A DNA stretch of 59,031 nt, filler included, from Sluysia triapertura (Eukaryota), in NCBI GenBank assembly GCA_046118255.1. It is 4 parts of 4 records of this genome, joined end to end, with 100 filler letters (N's around TTAATTAATTAA, not from the genome) between each part and the next. Parts side by side here need not be neighbours in the genome. Positions count along the whole stretch, not along the records: positions 30,275 to 44,757 come from JBJNIA010257516.1; positions 44,858 to 59,031 come from JBJNIA010004224.1; 2 more parts are not named here. One strand, 5' to 3'. The position numbers and the translations under genes are program-made. Each line of letters begins with the position of its first letter. Within the stretch, counting starts at the first letter, position 1. The notes beneath the pieces are model-generated. The model searched no databases. It had not been told where the DNA came from and saw only the letters and a list, made by a program, of their open reading frames with translations. Below are positions 37,816 through 50,354 of the stretch, piece by piece.

Positions 37816-38579
37816 TATTTTTAATTTTTTAACTAAAAATATTAATTAATATTTTAATAAATTACAATACCAAATACCTAATTTTAAAATCAAAAAATTA
37901 ATGAAAAATATTGTAAATTGCATAAAACTTTTGTAGAAAAATTTAATAAAAACAGGTCTTTGGTAAATTTTATTTTATTCTTCAAAAGAATTTAATTATT
38001 ATTAATTATTTTGTTTCATATTTGTTCTTTATTATTTTTTTCAAAAGATAAATGGAAAATAAACAAAATATCAATGTTTAAGTCTAATTTCAAACAGCTA
38101 TAATCGATTCTAATTTTAAATAATTTAAAATATTCCACAATTAAGATTGTCAAAGAAGAGCTTATTTTATTTTTTTTTTGTTCAACAACATTATAATAAT
38201 CGACACTCGAAATTATAAAAGTAAAATGTAAAATAATAAATCATTTTAATGTTTCGAGTTATCGATTTAACGATAAAATAATTATTTTTTTTAGAAATAA
38301 TCGACGTTTTTCCATACATAATTTTATTAATTTATTGTTCAAATCAATTTTTGTGAATATAATAAATAAAAAATATTTTTGGCAATGATTCATTACAAGA
38401 GCAATTCGTTATTTTATTATTTATTAGTTTAGGTTTCTGAAGGAAATCATGAAGTCGACTTCCATATGGGAGTATTTTTTAATTACAACATTTAAAGAGT
38501 AAGTTCGATTAAATAAATTACTTAAATTATATTATATCTGTCCTCTGATATTTTCTTTCTGGAACTTTGAATAATAATA

Positions 38580-39240
38580 ATATTGTGAGATTTTAAAGCT
38601 TATTCTAAATACTCACGAATGAAAGTAAGTAAATGTAAGTAAACATACTTAGTCTTACCTGTTAGGGCTAGTCATTGGATTTGGAAATATTGATTTTAAT
38701 TTAACTGGAGGTTTTAATGTATATGAGTGCCTTTCAACAAAACTGTTAGTTTTTAAACGTATAATAAGACCTTTTCATTAAATAAATCGTTAAAGGTAAC
38801 AATGATTTTATTAAGTTTATTAATAAATAGAACCTAATTTATGTGGGTTTCTTATTAAATGAAACAAATAGTTTGAAATTTTAATTTGGATTTTATTAAG
38901 GTTTCCATTTAAACGAAACCTTTAAGAACTCATTATAACAAAATTTAAAAAATTCAAGGAGAATTTATTAATAAATAAAAATTATATTAAGCAAAAAATA
39001 ATGACTATAAAAATGTATATTTTGTAAGGATTAATCTTGTTAATCCTATAGATAAATTATCGTTTTAAAAGATAGGGATAAATATAAAATAAAATTTACG
39101 TGTAGTTTATCAAGTAATCCTTAAATGATTACAAAAACTTATGATGAAAACTAACGGTTATTAATGAGATTGATAATTGTCTTCAACAAGTAACTGCGAA
39201 ATTTATAAAAAAACTTTGTGTGAAGTAAAAATTGTGAAAA
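38580..39240 (-). repeat. Diverged interspersed unit homologous to 11380-12120
   Basis: NPMTSPNR* vs NPTASPNR* with synonymous aac/aat and agg/cgg differences. Confidence 0.55.
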
Positions 39241-40229
39241 CTTATATAGTCAAATTATTATGACCTTGAGTTCACAATTAAAACAACCTATAATTAAAAC
39301 AATCGCAATAAAAACTAAAATATTTTAAAATAAATATTTTTCTAATTTACAATTATTAAAATGATTAAAATATATTAAGTATTTTTACATTTATTAAAAT
39401 ATTTAAAATAAATATTTTTACAATTTACAATTATCAGAATGATTAAAATATAATAATATATTAATTTTATGAATAAATTAAAAAATTACCTTTAAATCAA
39501 TTGATATTTACCATAATATCCAATAATCAAAAATTTATAAATAGATTTATAATATACAAAATTTACACATGAATTAATCAATAATTTGTAGATATCTATT
39601 ACGCACAAGATTTAGTATGTAAATTTATATAGATTTATAACATTACAATATTAATATTTAATTTTTTAATTAGTGATTTTTAATGTAATTAAAATTTTAA
39701 TTAGTGGTGTATGTAATTTATATACAATATATAGTTATAGATACACCTACAGAAGGTTATAAGCCATACATTACAACCGTACCCACATTTAAACATCTTT
39801 ACAATTAAAAAAAAGAAAATTTCTAGTAGTGTTGTTGGTATTGTCAAACTGTATATCAGGAGATGAATGGGAAACACAGAACTTTAATAATAATAATTAT
39901 TATTATTATTTTAATGTGAGAAGTAATTTAAGTAAAAGTAGATTGAATAGAGCAAATGAAAATAATAGATAATAGTAAATCAATTTTTGTTTTTGTATCT
40001 AATAAAGTTTGACAGTAATTTTATAAATAGATTATTGTCCGATTAAATCTCAAAGAATGTTGCAGTGATTTGTGTGAAAAAATGTTTGGCAACGATTGGA
40101 TGATGAGACAATATAAAAAGGAATTTTACCTCACAATAATAACACAACAGTAACAACAATTAATAATGAAAATGAGAATATCCATGCTTTAAGTAATTTT
40201 TAAATTTATTTTTATGATTAAAAATATTA

Positions 40230-40620
40230 TTTTGGGAGATTATAGTAAAATAGTTTTTGTTTTTTGTGTTGCGTTAGGAAATTTATATTTGATAAGCCTG
40301 AATAATAGTTAATATTTTTCTCAGTGTTGTGTCATTTCTGGTTTCCTTGGACAGATTATTGTGGTCTTAATATTGTCATAAATATTATTGTTAATTTTGA
40401 AATTTAGTAAATTTTATTTTATCACTTCTATTAGTGTTAAAGGAGAAACTTATAATAACGACTTATATTTGATTTTGTAATTATTATATTATTGAGTTAT
40501 TATTAATTTGAATTAAGAACGTAATTTTTGGGTTGAATAAATATCATTAGGAAATATGTGAAAATTTATACTTTATCTAGTGAATATCCAAATTATTTAA
40601 GTAAATTAAATTGATATTAG
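40230..40620 (-). pseudogene. Decayed orphan family IIHPK/KPEVTQ, copy 3
   Basis: LNNLDIH*IKYKFS...FNPKIT...KPEMTQH. Confidence 0.55.
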
Positions 40621-40999
40621 TTTATTGTTACTATTACTTTCAAAGGCGCAAGAATAATATTATATAATGATGTTATAGTAATAATGATAATGTAGTATAA
40701 CAACGAAAAGAAATAATACAAGAATACTGTTAAACTAGTAGTAATAGTTTTAAGATGTGATTGTCGTATAAAACAATAATTCATTTTTTGCTTCTTCTTA
40801 CATCCAACTAAAGACGAATCGATAATCAATATACTTATTAATATTAAATATTTATAACAATATTGATAACAAATAATTGACAATAATAATAATAATGATA
40901 ATAATAATAATAATAATAATAATAATCGATGGTAATCTTTTTATCTTACTGTACAAATCTTTCGTTTTGAAGCCGAAATATTTGTTATTTCAGATTCTC

Positions 41000-43900
41000 T
41001 TCGAAGAAGTGTTGTATTGAGAGAAATATGGTAATCTGATGTAGTAATAAGTTGACTATGAATAAGACTTGATAGAGTATCACAATTAAATTCTGTTAGT
41101 AAATATTAATAACTCTGGAGGACTTTATTAATATGTCAAAATTTTTCTGTTGATCAATTCCGTTCGAAGTCCTAACATTTTCTGGCAACATAATGTAGTC
41201 ATTTACATTTCACCAAATATATAATCAGCTAATTTACCTGTACAAAGTCAAAACTTTCTGCAAATCCCATTAACATTTAATCATTTTTCAATTTTCGTAA
41301 CAGTTCGATCCAAAAAAGTTCAATACTCAGTCTTGATAATAAAAAAAGTTACAAATGAGACTCTTGGTTTCTCTTTCAAATTACATTGGAACTAAAATAC
41401 TAAAACATTTTAGTATTTTCTAAGTAGTTTTAAATGATTTTCAAGTATCATGGCTATTTCTCTGCTTGAAAATCTTGCATTTGACCCAACAATGTGCTTA
41501 TGATGTTGTTTCTTAAATTTGATCTATTCATTTTTATATCTGTACAAAAATTTTCTGTAAAGACTAACAAATTGATAGTTTAATAGTCAGAATGACAAGA
41601 CGGTTAAAAGTGTTTAACATTGGAATATATCAGAGTGGCAAAACTGCGTATATTTTAACTGATGGAGTGAAACTTTGTAAATGAAATATAAGACATAATA
41701 GTGAAATATAATGGAATATAATAAAACAGAGATCTACTTGTGATCCTTATCATTAAAGGGATCCAGTAATTACGGTAACAACAGCACTACTTTGGTTGTT
41801 GGATATATAAGATTAATTGTTTTATAAATTTAAAATTAGTTTCTAGATTAATATTTATAGAGATTTGGTTAAAACTATCTCTATAGAAAGCCAAATAAAT
41901 TAAATTTAATTAAAATAATTTACAAATAAAAAATAGGATAAGAAAACACAAATTTATTATGATTACATATGAATACAATGTTTACTATAACTGTAGGTAA
42001 ATCTCATAAAATTCATCACACTTCATCACAGAAAGACATCACTGACTTACACAGATCATTAAACAAACTACTAAACTCATTCAAAAAACAAGCATAATCA
42101 TTGCACATAATTATCATGAATTACAGCTATTATTATTACAATTCAAATCGTATTAAACAATATGTATAATAATTATTGTCATTATTGTTATATAATATGA
42201 GTAGCAAATAATAATCTTTATAATAACTTTTATAATAAATTTCATATTAACATCAACAATACCATCATTAATAAAAATAATAACTACGTTATTGTCATCA
42301 TTATTATTTCTTTTATCCTTATTATCAATCTTTCTTTTTATTCTTTTGTTTTTCCTCAATACTACACACAATATATTGATCTCAATCCAGAACAATTACT
42401 CTATCAATCAGCTGAATTCTAATTGGGTCTAACTTGGTTCTATTTGGGTACCGATTAGTCCTTTGAAAACAATGAAATATAATCAATAATGTGCTTCATT
42501 TTATTGTACAGTATTATTGGATAATTCAGAAATTGTTCGTGCAACAGGTCTAGCTAGTCTAGACAAGCTATTCGAGTAGTTGCTTTATTATTGGTAGATA
42601 AATCCATCGGTATTCAACCAATTGTGGTACTTAAAAAACAATTTAGATCTGAGTATGAACAGTAACATCAAGTAACAATTATACAAAAAATATTTTTCTT
42701 GATAGTCTTGTGTGGAATAAAAAATCTCTTTACCAACCAATTAATTTTCAGACGTTGATTATGCAACTAAAAAAACAGTATTTCGGTATAAACTTCGAGC
42801 CATTAGCATCAATTAAAAAACATCCTGAAATTATGAAATATATAAAAATTAAAAATTATATTAATTATCGATTTATCTAAAGTTAAAATACGCATTATGA
42901 AAATGCTGTTAAGCGTAGATTAAATCGCAATGAAAACGTAGCAAATTCTGAACAAGGTACAAAGTTAATAAAGTGTAATTCTAAATTGAAATTTATTCCA
43001 CGTTTTATGTGGAATTTTTCTTGGTCTTTATCAGATAAATCGAAAGTTTTTGTTCGTACTATAATGACAATAATTATGTTAGCTAGAATTATATGGCTTC
43101 TTCATTTAGGACCGATAGTTTCAATTATATTAGTATTGTTAATTCAAATAAAGGTTTTCCACAAAGTCATCAAAATCGGTTATAATATTTACCGTTACAA
43201 TGGTTGGAAATTATTTCGTTCTTTGTCTTATTTTTTTGTTAACATCAAATTATTTCTTGTTCGGAGAAAGTTTCATTGTCATTTTCGAATTTTATTGGCT
43301 AAAGAAGATTTACTACAGTATTTTGTTACTCATCATGGTTTAATTTCGTTTAGTTTTTTAATTGGTTTCGTGATCTTAGTTTTGATATTGACTAAAAACA
43401 TTATTTTAAGCAATTTGTATTGTTTGGATGGACTTATTTGTTGCTATTGATAATTGTTACGAGCAGTCATTTCTTAATAAACAATATTTTTCTGACATTA
43501 TTGGTTTCTACTACCGATTCTGTTGATATGTTTCAATGATATCATGGTTTACATTTTTGGAAACGCCATTTAAAAATAGTTGTTTCAGTATGTACTGATG
43601 TTTCTCAGTTACGCACTTTAGCGGTTCAAGGTCATTCTTGATTTTCTTTAAAAATTCGAATGGTTTTAGTGGACCAAGGTCACGCATTTAATTTTTATAT
43701 TCAGCGAATTTTGTTTTATTCTTGATTGATTGGTTGTGAAATCGATCAGTTCACAAATATTCTTCTTATTGCCATTATTGCAGGCTTGAGCATAAGTGAG
43801 ACTTTGCTTCACCATATTCGAACCTGCAGGCCAGTTGTTCTTATTATTATCTTTTGGAATTTTAAGTGGGCCCTGACTAGTTTTTCGAGGGGTTACATTA

Positions 43901-44250
43901 AAACCCTAAGTTATATTTTCCTTTTTCGAAGTTAAAGGGGACAACAGCGCCGGTACTAATTGGGTATGTGTCAAGTTTGTACATACTGGAACCCGCGCAG
44001 TAAGAGGGATTTTGTGTTGAATTTGATGTTCGCTTTGCACTCGTGCTTATAAAAGTAGCTATATTATAAACATAAATTCTAAATGTCTTTATTTTGTTTA
44101 TTTCATACTCAGGTAGATCATTCCTTTATAAAATTAAAATTTTAAAGCCAGCGTCAAATTATATGCCATATTAAAATTTAAATTGGTTTAAGAGAAATAT
44201 TAAAATCATTTATGGTTGAAATAAAAATTCCTGGAATATTCGGCTATCCG
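41000..44250 (-). pseudogene. Decayed coding-like region, unknown product
   Basis: Near-open frames on the minus strand (e.g. about 44045->43700: ARVQSEHQIQHKIPLTARVPVC...NWPAGSNMVKQSLTYAQAC) broken by stops and shifts. Confidence 0.3.
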
Positions 44251-44757
44251 GAAATGAAGTTGAAGGAAACTTCAGTCATTTTTCTGAGCCATTGAAATAT
44301 AGAACATATTTGAATGAATTTGTCACATATAACAATAGAAATAAGCATATGATTATGATTACAAGATATCATATAATTTTAATGTTCAGTCTAAAATTAA
44401 TTACAAACTTCTGAAGTTAAATTCTTGTACAACCTTCAAATAACTGCCACTAAGAATCCTCATTAAAAAGCAATAAGTTTTTATTATAACTTGAATATAA
44501 GTTGAAATTAAATAATGTGAAAGGCTACAATATAACTCATAATAGTAATAATCTTTTGACATTTCCATAAATGCGATTATTTCACGACCAAAAAATCAAT
44601 GCTTATAAAGTGTGGAGGGCATTCTTATATTTTTTATTTTATATAACATTACTTTATTCGAACTAAGCATAATTAAAGCCAAACTTTTTAGGTTTATTTT
44701 ATTTTTGTTTACGAAAATGGGCTTAAGGCCCGAATTAATTAAAAACGAACAAATAAT

Positions 44758-44857
44758 NNNNNNNNNNNNNNNNNNNNNNNNNNNNNNNNNNNNNNNNNNN
44801 NTTAATTAATTAANNNNNNNNNNNNNNNNNNNNNNNNNNNNNNNNNNNNNNNNNNNN
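44758..44857. other. Artificial contig spacer
   Basis: 44 N + TTAATTAATTAA + 44 N. Confidence 0.95.
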
Positions 44858-44948
44858 ACACAATAACAACAACACAATAACAACAACACAATAACAACAA
44901 CACAATAACAACAACACAATAACAACAACACAATAACAACAACACAAT
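44858..44948. repeat. 14-bp minisatellite (ACACAATAACAACA)n at contig start
   Basis: About six copies, read directly. Confidence 0.85.
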
Positions 44949-44991
44949 TATGTAATTATCCAGAGAAGATCCATGCATGGTAATGTTCTTG

Positions 44992-45022
<31 letters not shown>

Positions 45023-45129
45023 AAAATAATAATTGATTCCATTTTAACTTTATTGTTGATTTTATTTAAGGAAAGATAATTTTAATATCAATTATTATTG
45101 TGCTATTTTTATTGTAAGATCTTTGATTT

Positions 45130-45525
45130 TACTTTCAGTCATTTTTTTAAAGAAAAGGTAATTTAGTGGGAGACCCTCTGCCCAATTTATTTTTAAAAAA
45201 TATATATACATACTATTTTAAACTTTCCGAATATTCATATTTTTCAGTGTTTGTTGCGTCACTCTTGGTTTTTTCATTTAGATTGTAATATTCTTAATAT
45301 TATAAACTCTATTGTAAATTTTGTCATTTTAGCTATTTTTGGTTTTGTTGGTTGGAAAGAAAAATTCTAATTTGATTTTGGATAATAGTAAATTATTGCC
45401 TTACTTTTGATTTGATTCTTAAGAGCTTAATTTTGGGTGATAATTATTAATATTAAGTAAGAAGATTACACCAAAATTATATTTGATAAATTAACGACTT
45501 AAATTATTAAGATTATTTTAAGCTA
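45130..45525 (-). pseudogene. Decayed orphan family IIHPK/KPEVTQ, copy 4
   Basis: NNLNNLSR*FIKYNF...YHPKLS...MKKPRVTQQTLKKY in one frame. Confidence 0.55.
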
Positions 45526-46722
45526 ATCTAGTTATTATTGAGTTGAACTAGGCCTCAGTTACGTTATTTTGTAATTGTGTAAAATAACGATTTATTTAGG
45601 CAATAGAGCCAAATGAAATTAAGTGTGAAGGCTTACTTAAATGAAACGCTTGCATTAGTTATTGAACATTGCTAAATTTATAGACCATGCGTTAGTTTTT
45701 TATGTTATGTTGCACCTGTTACAATGCTATAATTATTTCAAGAAATTTTAAATATTGTTCTAAAATCTCATTAAAATTAAATCGTAATGATGTTAAATAT
45801 TAACAATCTTAATATTTAATTGTGCATTATATTTTGATACCTCTAAGAATTTATGAAAAAATAAATATCCATTTAGAGGAAATAATGTATTAAACATTTT
45901 ATCATTTTGATCCAAGTTTCTGTTAGGCAAAATTGTCAATGCTTTTTGCATGCATATTTATTTTGAACAGACGTAATGTCTTGAGTACCAAATTAAATGT
46001 AATCACTTTTTATAGTTTTTGATTCAAGTCAAAAAGTTTATAACATTTCCATACATTTTGGGTTATTTATGTAAATTAGCTGCTCGATTGAAATAATTGG
46101 CATTTAGCACATTTTTTAACTTGTCGAAATGTTAATTTTGTTTATTCGGACAAGTTTTACCTGTGCAGTTTTTAAAACATTGTAAACATATTAGATTATT
46201 TGATTTATATCTGAAATTATGAGCATTGTCATGAATATAGGCTGGATAATCTTAAACATGTTTGAATGTAAAATTTTGAAATATGTATTTGTAATTATCA
46301 TCTAAGGTGCAAATAGAATTACAAAGAGAAATATCTCTAATTTATAACAATAGTAAAATGTAACTAAGATGAGATATGCAAATATAAATTTTATGTCCAA
46401 TCATAATTGTGATTCTACTTTGGGAATATGAGTAATAATGTTCAGACTATCTCACATCCACTTAAATCATGTAATAAATATTACGCAAAATTATCTGCTT
46501 GACTAGCACAGTAATTATTATTAAAATATAAAATCGAAATATTTTTCATTGAATTTTGTTAAAGATATTTTGTTTAAATATGCAATTTTATTTGGTGTTT
46601 ATTTGTAAATTAATACATAGTATAATATAGTATTTTAATGTGTGTTTCTTAAATAATTTTTAAATCATACATTTTATATTTTCATAAAGTATATACTTTC
46701 ATATTAGCACATATTTTAAAAA

Positions 46723-49700
46723 ATGAATGAAGATGAAGAAAAAGGATTTCCAGTAAGATTTTATATGATTAATCAACTTTTTAGTTTGTCATATTTTTTA
46801 AATCAATTTATGAAGTAGAACCCTTAAATCATTTCAATCTTGTCACACAAAATACTCATCGATGGAAAATACGTGTTGAAACGTTAAAAAGTGTTAGTGC
46901 AATTAAACGTGTGAAATTTCAATTACATGAAACATTTGAAAAGCCCGTGCAAAGTTAGACTTATATTGGTTTTTATATTTGTATTGTAGTATTGACAGCA
47001 CCACCTTTTGAAATTGAAGAAGAAGGTTTTGGTGAATTTCAAATGAATATGGAAATTAAAGTAGTAAATCGTCGAATACCATTACCATATATGATTTTAC
47101 TTTCAACTCAAAAAGTTACAAATATTCAGTATCATCATTCATTATGGGAAAATGTCAAACCTAAAGAATATGGAATAGTATTAGATATCGGAGGTGTTCG
47201 TTTAAATATTTAATTTTTTAAATAAGTTTAAATATTTGTAAATAATAATGACAAACGTTATTCAGATACCGTTGAAGCATAATCTTAGTGTAGATTCTAT
47301 AAGTAGGAAATGCGAATATTTGTTAAATTTGGTTAAAAAATCCGAATCTGGTTTGTCTCCTGATCTACTTTATCCTAAGGTTTTTGAAAAAATTGTTAGT
47401 GAACTTTTATGAATATATAAAAAGAAAATTAAGTTTATTAATTTTTGAATTTTTATAATAAATTTTATAAGTCAATAAGTGTGTTTATAATTTGTATTAA
47501 TTAAACTAAGTTAATAATTTAAATTGCACTACAACATACTCTTTGAATAAACACTACTCCGAATGAATTTTACAAATACTGAGTAAAATAAATGATTAAA
47601 ACTCAATAGCAAAACTTAGGTTAAGATTTTCCCTAAGCCATATTCTTTCCTTTTAATTTTAATATTTTCTGAAATTTCTTAGATGATAATAATAATAATA
47701 ATAAGAAGAAGAAGAAGAAGCATATTAATTGATTGTTTTAAAGGTTATAAGCAAAATTATAGATAGATTAATTTATTTCAATCAAGTACTTTTAAAATAT
47801 GTTGTAAGTGCTCATCAAGCGATAAAAATAATAATTTTAAGATTAAGTGATCAAATTATAAGAATATTTGGTAGGTTAAATAATAAAATTAATATTTTAT
47901 TAATAATTATTATTAATAACAGTTGTAAATATATAATTGAAAATAATATTGTATGAAACAAGTAAAATTAATATTTATACATTTGAAACGCAATAAAACA
48001 TGATAAAATGAAATCCGTATGGGAAATATTTTATTTTTTTAAGAAAGCAGTTATGAATAATGTTAAACAAGAAAGTATTGCATCAATACCAGCGACAGAT
48101 AGACCATCACTTTCATCTGTCAATGCTAACATTGCTTCAGTTATTCACCAACCTGTTGAATCTTTTTCGGCAAAAAAGAATCATGCCAAGAAGCATCATA
48201 TTTCAGCATCTCAAACACGCCACGATGATCAACTGTCTGATTTATCCGATTTTCATGACAATGGTTCCGGTATTTCATCGGGTTCCAAAAGTAAGAAAAG
48301 AAAAAACGATATTCATGAAACACTGAAAAAAGAAATAAAATCAGAATCTGTTGTAACACCTATCAAACAAGAAAAAGTTAGTTAGAAATTATTATTTAGA
48401 AGTGTGTTTGAATTAAAGTTTAACAAATTGTACATAATTTGAGGAAATACCGAATGGGGAATAATATTAAAATAATAAGTTTAATCCACATTGGACAATG
48501 TGTAACATCTATCTCAATTGAAATGACACAATGAAACTTATACATGAAGTATAGATATAAGAGTCAATAAATTATCAACACAGGTCGAATGTATAACTTG
48601 TATAAGTTGTAATTTATTAAATTGTTTTAAATATAAATTACTACCTAAGGACTTAAGGTCCGTCATAAAAAATTCATTGGAAATAAAATTATTGCAAAAG
48701 GACTTAGGGCTCAGTATAAACTTTGAATGAATTCTTTTATGATCTATTGCATTAAAAAGACATAAAATTGAACGAGAGTAGATAGATACTAAATTGGTGT
48801 AACCAGTATAGAAATAAACCTTTACCAAATACCCATCCGAGCAACTGATGAGTATAATATTATACAAACATTTAACCGCATTAAAATAGTTATCAAAACA
48901 ATGTGAAGTTGTCTTTATATATCGACATAACTTCTTGCTTGGCCAGATACCATTCCAATTCGAATACTAAACTGTCTAGCTTCATAAGAACATGTGACAA
49001 ATTCAGTCACTGGACCATGTTCATTAACTTTTACTGAAGGACTGCAATGTACGATAGATTTACCTTTTAATTCCAGAAATTTTTTGAAACCTGCACAAAT
49101 TTTATTCATTGAATGAAAATTTTAACAAACGTTTGGTCTGAATAATCCCTTTCTCCGCACAATCTTCCTATTCACCAGTTTCAAAGCTGGCTACAATCCA
49201 ATTTGAAGTAATTTTTGGTAAGAAATTAGCAACTATGTGAGTGACATGATAATGATAAAACATAGCGACATTCCTTTGCTTCTTTTTTTCGATAATATAA
49301 ATCCATAAATCAATTCATAAAAATTGATATGTAATAAATTTTTTACATGTTATTAGAATTGTTAAATTTTTTGTCTTGTCTTCTCTATTTAAGCTGAATA
49401 TTACTTTATATTATAAAAATTTTTACTCTATATTAACAGTTCAAATCTCCGCAAAGTTTATATTTATATCGAACTTTAATTTATTATACCACTTTAAACT
49501 TAATTGGAGGTATGAGTCTATATACTCGTCCTCGTTCTTCAGGATAGAAGTGTTTAATAATAATTTTATTAGACGGATTATATACTAATTCAGAGCTACC
49601 TATCACTTAAAATTAATTTTAATGCAATTCTCTATGTTCCTTATTTACTTTTTTAGGGTCTCACTCCCAAACGTAAATCGAATTTAATCAATTATTTATT

Positions 49701-50300
49701 AAAAAACAACTAAATCAAATTTCTTTTAATTAACAAAATATATTAAAAAATTTTATATTAATATTATTATATATAAAGGACAATAAAGGAAAACTCACGA
49801 ATAATAATCGTTCTGTAAAAAATTGTCACGATTTGATATATTATCTGTTTTCTTTTCTTTCCAAGAGAATGGATTGAGAAAATAATAATCGTTCCGTAAT
49901 AAATTGTCACGATTTTATATATTATCTGTTTTCTTTCCCTTCCAAAAGAATGGATTGAGAAAATAATAATCGTTCCGTAAAAAATTGTCACAATTTGATA
50001 TATTATCTGTTTTCTTTCCTTTCCAAGAGAATGGATTGAGACTTTATAATTTATTGAAAGGATTTTATTCTATTCTTGTTACCTGTGTTTTTGTTTTTAA
50101 TTTCTGATGCTTTTATACACAACTTTTTTCAATAAATTTAATTCCAATAAATTAAATATAATGTAATTTCAGTAAATAAATGTAATATAAAAATTTTATA
50201 ATTTCAGATAACATAAAAATTCTATAAATGTATGCAAAATGTAAAAATTTTATAAAAATTCTATAAATGTAATTACGTACATATAATTTTATAATTTTGC

Positions 50301-50354
<54 letters not shown>

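Noticed and set aside
42986-43450. 154-aa hydrophobic plus-strand ORF as a membrane protein
   Set aside because: TTG start; most likely the antisense shadow of an A-rich decayed minus-strand coding region.
49800-50041. CRISPR-like array
   Set aside because: Whole units repeat with no unique spacers; eukaryotic context.
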